A DNA stretch of 64,000 nucleotides, taken from assembly GCA_902573755.1 (NCBI GenBank), contig CACGLD010000002.1, positions 3,339 to 67,338 of the forward strand, given 5' to 3'. The translations under genes were made by a program, and so were the position numbers. Of the stretch, positions 58,187 to 64,000 are shown piece by piece. Source of the DNA: an uncultured Pelagibacteraceae bacterium. Lineage in GTDB: Bacteria; Pseudomonadota; Alphaproteobacteria; Pelagibacterales; Pelagibacteraceae. The notes under the pieces are model-generated. The model did not search any database, was not told the origin of the DNA, and saw only the letters and a program-made list of their open reading frames with translations. Positions within the stretch are counted from its first letter, which is position 1. Every line of letters begins with the position of its first letter.

Positions 58187-58885
58187 TCAATTAATGGCGT
58201 AATTTATGATCGATAAGGCAGAAATTACAGCCGTTTCAGATCTCAAGATGTTTTCATTGATTTTAATTGGTTGAACGTCGTTAAATTTGAGAATCTCTTC
58301 CCTTTCCTCCTCAGAAAAATCTCCCTCTGGTCCAATGATTACACAAGTAGGCTTTGTAGTTAACTTTTTAATGTCAATTTTTGTATTAGCAGTATTAAGG
58401 TCAGTAAATATTAAATCCATATCATTACTTAGAAAATTTTTTAATTTCTGAGGCTCCTCAATTATTGGAACAGTTATTCTGTTTGATTGTTCGGCAGCTT
58501 CTATGATTACTTTTTCCAATCTCTCTTTATTTATCTTTCTAACAATCGTTCTTTCAAAGATTACTGGTAAAAACTTAGTTACACCTAGCTCTGTAGCTTT
58601 TTGGATCATAAAATTAAAGTAATTTGATTTGATTGGAGAGAAAGCCAGCCAGAGATCTTTGGTATTTTCTTTCTGTCTTAATTGTTTCGTAACATTAAAT
58701 TCAACTATGCTTTTAGTGATATTTAATATTTTAGCTTCCCATTCTCCACTACTATTAAAAAGAGAAAAAACTTCTTTCTCTTTAAGTCTCATTACTTTTG
58801 AAACATAGTGAGATTGAGATTTATCAAGTTTGTCAGTCAAATTAAGAGATAAACTTTTTGAATAAAATAATCTAATGTTACTCAT
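58187..58885 (-). CDS. rsmE: 16S rRNA (uracil1498-N3)-methyltransferase
   Basis: KVMR, QKATELG, EAAEQS, IGPEG, ILRSETA. Confidence 0.93.
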   Translation of the reverse strand: MSNIRLFYSKSLSLNLTDKLDKSQSHYVSKVMRLKEKEVFSLFNSSGEWEAKILNITKSIVEFNVTKQLRQKENTKDLWLAFSPIKSNYFNFMIQKATELGVTKFLPVIFERTIVRKINKERLEKVIIEAAEQSNRITVPIIEEPQKLKNFLSNDMDLIFTDLNTANTKIDIKKLTTKPTCVIIGPEGDFSEEEREEILKFNDVQPIKINENILRSETAVISALSIINYAIN

Positions 58886-58901
58886 ATAGATAAGTTAGTT
58901 T

Positions 58902-59564
58902 ATGAAAAATATTAAAGCAATAATTTTTGATGCTTATGGCACTTTATTTGATGTCAACTCTGCCGCTGAAAAATGTAAAGATAAAATAGGTGATAAGTGG
59001 GAAGGTTTCGCCAATTATTGGAGAACAACACAATTAGAATATACTTGGCTTAGAAGTTTAATGAAACGTCATAAGGATTTTTGGCAGGTAACAGAGGATA
59101 GTTTGGATAAATCAATGATAACTTATGAGATAGACTCTTCAATGAGAAATGAGTTATTAAATCTTTATAAAATTCTTTCACCATTTAAAGAAGTTCCAGA
59201 AGTTTTAAAATCATTAAAAGAAAAAGATTTTAAACTTGCTATTCTTTCAAATGGTACTCCTGCTCTTCTTAATGAATTGGTTAAAAGCAATAATTTAGAT
59301 AATTTATTTGATGATCTCTTTTCAATAGAAGAAGTTGGTATTTATAAACCAGACTCTAAAGTTTACGATATAGCAATTAAAAAATATAATATTAAAAAAA
59401 ATGAAGTTGCTTTTTTAAGTGCTAATACTTGGGATGTTTCAGGTGGTGGAAATTATGGTTATAATTCTATTTGGGTTAATAGAAATAGTAATACTTTTGA
59501 CAATCTAGATTATATCCCAAAACATCAAATCGAGGACCTTAGTAAGTTACTTGATATAATATAA
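58902..59564 (+). CDS. L-2-haloacid dehalogenase (type II)
   Basis: FDAYGTL, WRTTQLEY, LSNG, YKPD..VY and SANTWD: the full L-DEX catalytic set. Confidence 0.87.
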   Translation: MKNIKAIIFDAYGTLFDVNSAAEKCKDKIGDKWEGFANYWRTTQLEYTWLRSLMKRHKDFWQVTEDSLDKSMITYEIDSSMRNELLNLYKILSPFKEVPEVLKSLKEKDFKLAILSNGTPALLNELVKSNNLDNLFDDLFSIEEVGIYKPDSKVYDIAIKKYNIKKNEVAFLSANTWDVSGGGNYGYNSIWVNRNSNTFDNLDYIPKHQIEDLSKLLDII

Positions 59565-59584
59565 AAAATTCTTATGTACGAAAT

Positions 59585-60421
59585 ATGAAAAATATTGAAG
59601 TAAGTAAAATTATAGACCCTATTCCAGCTTCTGATGGTGCTGGGGTTAAATTAAAAAGAAGTATTGGTGTTGAGCCAAATTATTTTGATCCTTTCTTAAT
59701 GCTAGATGAATTTGGATCTGAAAATAGCGAAGATTATATCGCAGGTTTTCCACCCCACCCTCATCGAGGAATTGAAACGGTTACTTATATGTTAGCTGGA
59801 GATTTTGAGCACAAAGACAGTACTGGTGGCGAGGGTAGAATGACTGCAGGAGACGTTCAGTGGATGAAAACAGGTAGTGGAATTATTCATTCTGAAATGC
59901 CTGCTATGAAAGAAGGAAGGCTTCATGGTTTTCAATTATGGATTAACATGCCTGCTAAATTAAAAATGAGTAAACCTGAATATATTTATATTGATGCAGA
60001 TAAAATGAGTGTTCATAAAGATGATGATAAGCAAGTAAAAGTAATAGCTGGAAAATTTGAAAAAGCTGAGGGACCAGTAAAAGGTCATAATGTTGAGCCA
60101 GTTTATTTTGATGTAGAACTAAATAAAGATAAAGAGTTCAATTTTAAATTACCATCAACTCATAATACGTTTATATATTTGATTAATGGTGAAATTGAAA
60201 TTGGTAAAAATAAACATGAAAATGTTAAAGACAGCACTTTAATACTTTTATCTAAGGGTGAAGACTTAATGGTTAAAGCTAAATCAAATGCTAAATTCTT
60301 GGTAATTTCAGGTAAACCAATTAACGAGGAAATAGCTAGAGGTGGACCATTTGTTATGAATACTAAAGCAGAAATCTTGCAAGCAGTTCAAGATTATCAT
60401 AATGGTACATTTGTAAAATAA
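59585..60421 (+). CDS. Pirin-family bicupin
   Basis: DPFLMLDEF, HPHRGIETVTY, GIIHSE, QLWIN, GPFVMN. Confidence 0.93.
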   Translation: MKNIEVSKIIDPIPASDGAGVKLKRSIGVEPNYFDPFLMLDEFGSENSEDYIAGFPPHPHRGIETVTYMLAGDFEHKDSTGGEGRMTAGDVQWMKTGSGIIHSEMPAMKEGRLHGFQLWINMPAKLKMSKPEYIYIDADKMSVHKDDDKQVKVIAGKFEKAEGPVKGHNVEPVYFDVELNKDKEFNFKLPSTHNTFIYLINGEIEIGKNKHENVKDSTLILLSKGEDLMVKAKSNAKFLVISGKPINEEIARGGPFVMNTKAEILQAVQDYHNGTFVK

Positions 60422-60424
60422 ATT

Positions 60425-61399
60425 ATGAAAGCTGTAGAAATTAATAAAACTGGTGGACCTGAAGTTTTAGAAGTTAAGGATATATCTTTAGATAAGCCAG
60501 GTCCTGATCAAGTAACCATTGAACAAAAAGCAATTGGTCTTAACTACATTGATACTTATCATCGATCAGGCTTGTATCCATTAAAACTGCCGATTGGTTT
60601 AGGTTTAGAAGGTGCTGGGGTTATTACTGATGTTGGTGAGAATGTAAAAGATTTTAAAGTTGGAGACAAAATTTCTTATGCAGGTATTCCTTTAGGTTCA
60701 TATTGCTCACACAGAAATTACCCAACTAAGAACTTGGTAAAAGTACCAGATGGTATTGATCTTGAGGTAGCAGCAACCTTGATGACAAAAGGTTTAACAA
60801 CTTTTTATCTTTTGCACAAAACTTATCCCGTCAAATCAGGTGAAACAATTTTATTTCATGCCGCTGCTGGTGGTGTTGGTCAGATTTTTGGACAATGGGC
60901 TAAGAGTTTAGGCTGTAATGTAATAGGTACAGTTGGATCAGATGAAAAAATTAATATAGCAAAAGAAAACGGTTACGATCATGTAATTAATTACAATAAA
61001 GAAAATTTTGCAAAAAAAGTTTTGGAAATTACAAATGGTAAGGGTGTCCCTGTTGTATACGATGGGGTTGGTAAAGATACATTGGATGGATCAATTGAAT
61101 GTCTGGCAGTAAGAGGAATGATGGTTTCATTTGGAAATGCATCGGGACCATTGTCAGATATTAATGTGCCAAAAGTAATTCAGCCAAAAGGGTTATATCT
61201 TGTAAGACCCTCTATGCAGCAATACCTCTCAACCAGAGAAGAATTAGACGAAGCATCAAAGACAATGTTTGAAAAAATTAGCTCTGGCAAAGTTAAAATC
61301 AAAATTTTTAAAAAGTATAAATTAGAAGAAGTTATTCAAGCTCATCAAGATCTTGAAGGAAGAAAAATTTTAGGCCCAGCTGTAATAGTTCCTAATTAA
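60425..61399 (+). CDS. qor: NADPH:quinone oxidoreductase (zeta-crystallin/MDR family)
   Basis: GGPEVL, NYIDTYHRSG, HAAAGGVG, YDGVG, FGNASG. Confidence 0.9.
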   Translation: MKAVEINKTGGPEVLEVKDISLDKPGPDQVTIEQKAIGLNYIDTYHRSGLYPLKLPIGLGLEGAGVITDVGENVKDFKVGDKISYAGIPLGSYCSHRNYPTKNLVKVPDGIDLEVAATLMTKGLTTFYLLHKTYPVKSGETILFHAAAGGVGQIFGQWAKSLGCNVIGTVGSDEKINIAKENGYDHVINYNKENFAKKVLEITNGKGVPVVYDGVGKDTLDGSIECLAVRGMMVSFGNASGPLSDINVPKVIQPKGLYLVRPSMQQYLSTREELDEASKTMFEKISSGKVKIKIFKKYKLEEVIQAHQDLEGRKILGPAVIVPN

Positions 61400-61796
61400 C
61401 ATCAACGTCCATATCTGACATATGGAGTTTCAGTGCATTAGTTGATATTTGAATTTCTCTTATAAAAAATATAATAGATACAATCATTGATAGACAACAA
61501 GATCCAAAAATTACTCTAGCAAGAAAAACTTCATCCAAATAAAGAGCAAATACTGTAAGCATATTAAATAGAAACCCAAAAGACGCAAATAAGATTGTCC
61601 ACCTTAAGAGTGTTATTCTTCCACTCAAATTAATAAACTGTTTTTTCCACTCTGGAGGAATATGTTTTTCATAAACATGTTCATCGTGAAGCTGACGAAT
61701 TAAGATACTCAAAGAATGAAATCTATTACTGTAAACACTCATTAATAATGGAATTGCAGGAAACATCAATGCTGTGACTGTGTAATCTATATTCAT
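61392..61796 (-). CDS. DUF2721-like membrane protein
   Basis: ALMFPAIPLLM..YSNRF start, three hydrophobic segments, EIQIST..L end. Confidence 0.65.
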   Translation of the reverse strand: MNIDYTVTALMFPAIPLLMSVYSNRFHSLSILIRQLHDEHVYEKHIPPEWKKQFINLSGRITLLRWTILFASFGFLFNMLTVFALYLDEVFLARVIFGSCCLSMIVSIIFFIREIQISTNALKLHMSDMDVDVN

Positions 61797-61848
61797 ACGA
61801 ATCAATTTGATTATGAAACTAGCCTTTGTTATTTACAAGTAAAATATT

Positions 61849-62715
61849 ATGAACCAATTAAAACTTTTTATAGAATTAACAAGATTAAAAAAACCAATTG
61901 GCTTTATGCTTTTATTTTGGCCATGTGCTTGGGGATTAACTCTAGCTTATGATTTTTCTTCTAACTTAAATAATTATTTTTTTTATTTACTTCTATTTTT
62001 TTTAGGCTCTATTTTAATGAGATCTGCTGGTTGTATAGTTAACGATATATTAGATAAAGAGTTTGATGCGAAGGTATTTCGTACAAAAAATCGTCCAATA
62101 GCTTCTGGAAAAATTTCTGTAAAGTTAGCTTCTATATACTCAGCGATTTTATGTTTATTAGCTTTATTTGTTCTCTTAAATTTTAATAAATTCACAATTA
62201 TCTTGGCACTTTGCTCAATGCCTCTTGCATTTACATATCCTTTAATGAAAAGATTTACTTACTGGCCACAATTATTTTTAGGTATTACATTTAACTATGG
62301 ATTAATTTTAGGCTGGACTGCTATTAAAGGCGAAATAAACCTTGCACCAATTCTTTTTTATTTAGGGGCCATATTTTGGACACTGGGCTATGACACAATT
62401 TACGGATATCAAGATATTAAAGATGATGAAATTATAGGGTTAAAATCAACCTCAATAAAATTCAAAGGAGAAGCTAAAAAATTTTTACTCATGTGTTATT
62501 CTTCTTTAATACTTCTTTTTATAATTGGAGCGTATAATATGGATTTAAATAAAATATACTATTTCTTAATAACATTTCCATTTTTACATTTATTTTTTTT
62601 CCAAATGAAAATTTTTAACTTAAAAGATCCTTCAAGTTGTTTAAGAGCATTTAAAAGTAACAATTTTTTTGGTTTAATAATTTTCTTGCAAATTCTGATT
62701 GTCAAAATTATTTAA
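61849..62715 (+). CDS. ubiA: 4-hydroxybenzoate polyprenyltransferase
   Basis: RLKKPIG, RSAGCIVND..D, RTKNRP, YPLMKR, YDTIYGYQDIKDD. Confidence 0.95.
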   Translation: MNQLKLFIELTRLKKPIGFMLLFWPCAWGLTLAYDFSSNLNNYFFYLLLFFLGSILMRSAGCIVNDILDKEFDAKVFRTKNRPIASGKISVKLASIYSAILCLLALFVLLNFNKFTIILALCSMPLAFTYPLMKRFTYWPQLFLGITFNYGLILGWTAIKGEINLAPILFYLGAIFWTLGYDTIYGYQDIKDDEIIGLKSTSIKFKGEAKKFLLMCYSSLILLFIIGAYNMDLNKIYYFLITFPFLHLFFFQMKIFNLKDPSSCLRAFKSNNFFGLIIFLQILIVKII

Positions 62716-64000
62716 TGAACAAAATAGATATTTTCAAAAGACTTTACAAAGATTACACAAAAAAATATTTAGATAAAATATTTTATTCAGGATTATTTTC
62801 TATACTGGTTGCAGGAAGCACATCGGCGATAGCATGGCTATTAGACCCAGCAATTGAAAAAATTTTTTTAGAAAAAGATCAATCTTTACTAATCTTTATT
62901 CCTTTGCTCATAATATTAGCATTTTCTACTAAAGGCATTTCTCTTTATGTTGCAAAATTATTGATGATAATTGTTGCGGAGGAAGTAAAGAAAAAACTTC
63001 AGATTGATATGATCAGATCTTTAATTAGTGCAGACACTCAATCTATTGATAAAAAACATTCTGGAAAATTTATTTCAAATCTTACTTATGATGTGCAACA
63101 TATAACTAATTTGCTTAGTTCTGCTATTTTGAGTTTATTTAAAGACAGCTTAACTTTAATAGGACTGTTGATTGTCATGTTTATGCAAAATTGGAAACTT
63201 GCTTTGATTTCATTAATAATGATACCTCTAGCAAGCTTCGCATCAAAATCATTGGGAAAGAGAATGCACAAAGTTGCAACTGAAGCACAAGAAAAATCTG
63301 GTTTTTTAACTGCTTATCTAGTTGAATTATTTAAAAATCATAAAATTACTAAAATTTTTCAAAAAGAAAAATTTGAAATTAATAGAGCAAATCATCATTT
63401 GGAACAGTTAATGCAAAAAAATAAAAAAATAACAACCGTGCTTATTAGGATGTCTCCAATAATGGAACTTTTTACTGGTATTATGATTGCAATTTTAATT
63501 TATTATTCAGGTACACTTATCGCCAATAATGAAATTAAGGTTAATAATTTTTTTTCATTTCTTGCTGCAATGATGCTTGCATACCAACCTGTGAGAGCCT
63601 TATCAACTTTGAATATGACGATCAATCAAGGACTTTCTGCAGCAAGTAGAATTTTACCGATTGTTGATACTGAGAATGTAATCAAAGATAAAAATACAGC
63701 TAAAGATATAAAAATTAACAATGGAGACATAAAATTTAATAACGTTGTTTTTAAGTATGAGTCCAATCAAAAAAATATTTTAAATAATATTGATTTAAAT
63801 TGTGAAGGTGGAAAAATGACGGCTCTCGTTGGACATAGTGGCTCAGGAAAATCAACTATAATGAATTTAATACCAAGATTTTATCAACCTCAATCTGGAG
63901 ATATCACTATAGACAATCAATCAATCTTTGACGCAAAAATAACCTCACTAAGAGAAAAAATTTCACTAGTAAGCCAAGATACAACTTTATTTGATGATAC
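62715..64000 (+). CDS. ABC exporter, fused TMD-ATPase (MsbA-like), truncated by the window end
   Basis: ATG 62715 overlaps the ubiA stop (MNKIDIFKRL...); TM region, AYQPVR, Walker A GHSGSGKST, Q-loop VSQDTTLF; missing from the ORF track because no stop falls in the window. Confidence 0.85.
   Translation, partial: MNKIDIFKRLYKDYTKKYLDKIFYSGLFSILVAGSTSAIAWLLDPAIEKIFLEKDQSLLIFIPLLIILAFSTKGISLYVAKLLMIIVAEEVKKKLQIDMIRSLISADTQSIDKKHSGKFISNLTYDVQHITNLLSSAILSLFKDSLTLIGLLIVMFMQNWKLALISLIMIPLASFASKSLGKRMHKVATEAQEKSGFLTAYLVELFKNHKITKIFQKEKFEINRANHHLEQLMQKNKKITTVLIRMSPIMELFTGIMIAILIYYSGTLIANNEIKVNNFFSFLAAMMLAYQPVRALSTLNMTINQGLSAASRILPIVDTENVIKDKNTAKDIKINNGDIKFNNVVFKYESNQKNILNNIDLNCEGGKMTALVGHSGSGKSTIMNLIPRFYQPQSGDITIDNQSIFDAKITSLREKISLVSQDTTLFDD

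Overview
Very AT-rich, gene-dense bacterial core-genome segment with almost no intergenic DNA. Gene content and order point to a streamlined marine alphaproteobacterium, most likely SAR11/Pelagibacterales (inferred from carAB, uvrB/C, petABC, ccrM, smc, atpIBEGF, a crtIBY-blh retinal cluster next to ispH and an aa3 oxidase operon). It holds about 65 apparently intact CDS and one tRNA-Gln(UUG); I found no CRISPR array, integrase, transposase or prophage. The most unusual signals lie in the DNA-maintenance block at 33.5-41.7 kb: (1) an 857-aa SMC with intact ATPase head motifs but no recognisable hinge domain; (2) a ccrM upstream region with phased NrdR-like boxes and two GAATC sites; (3) a family-4-like uracil-DNA glycosylase with key catalytic and Fe-S residues substituted; (4) a MutY whose 8-oxoG-recognition FSH loop appears to read MSN. 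Other points: tRNA-Gln ends 3 nt before the start of the CCA-adding enzyme gene; mutY and dciA start codons are back to back with no spacer; convergent genes overlap without terminators; a 41-aa membrane ORF in the cox operon is missing from the ORF track; and a haloacid dehalogenase-pirin-qor block sits between rsmE and ubiA. All family assignments come from motif recognition, not database searches, and novelty could not be checked.
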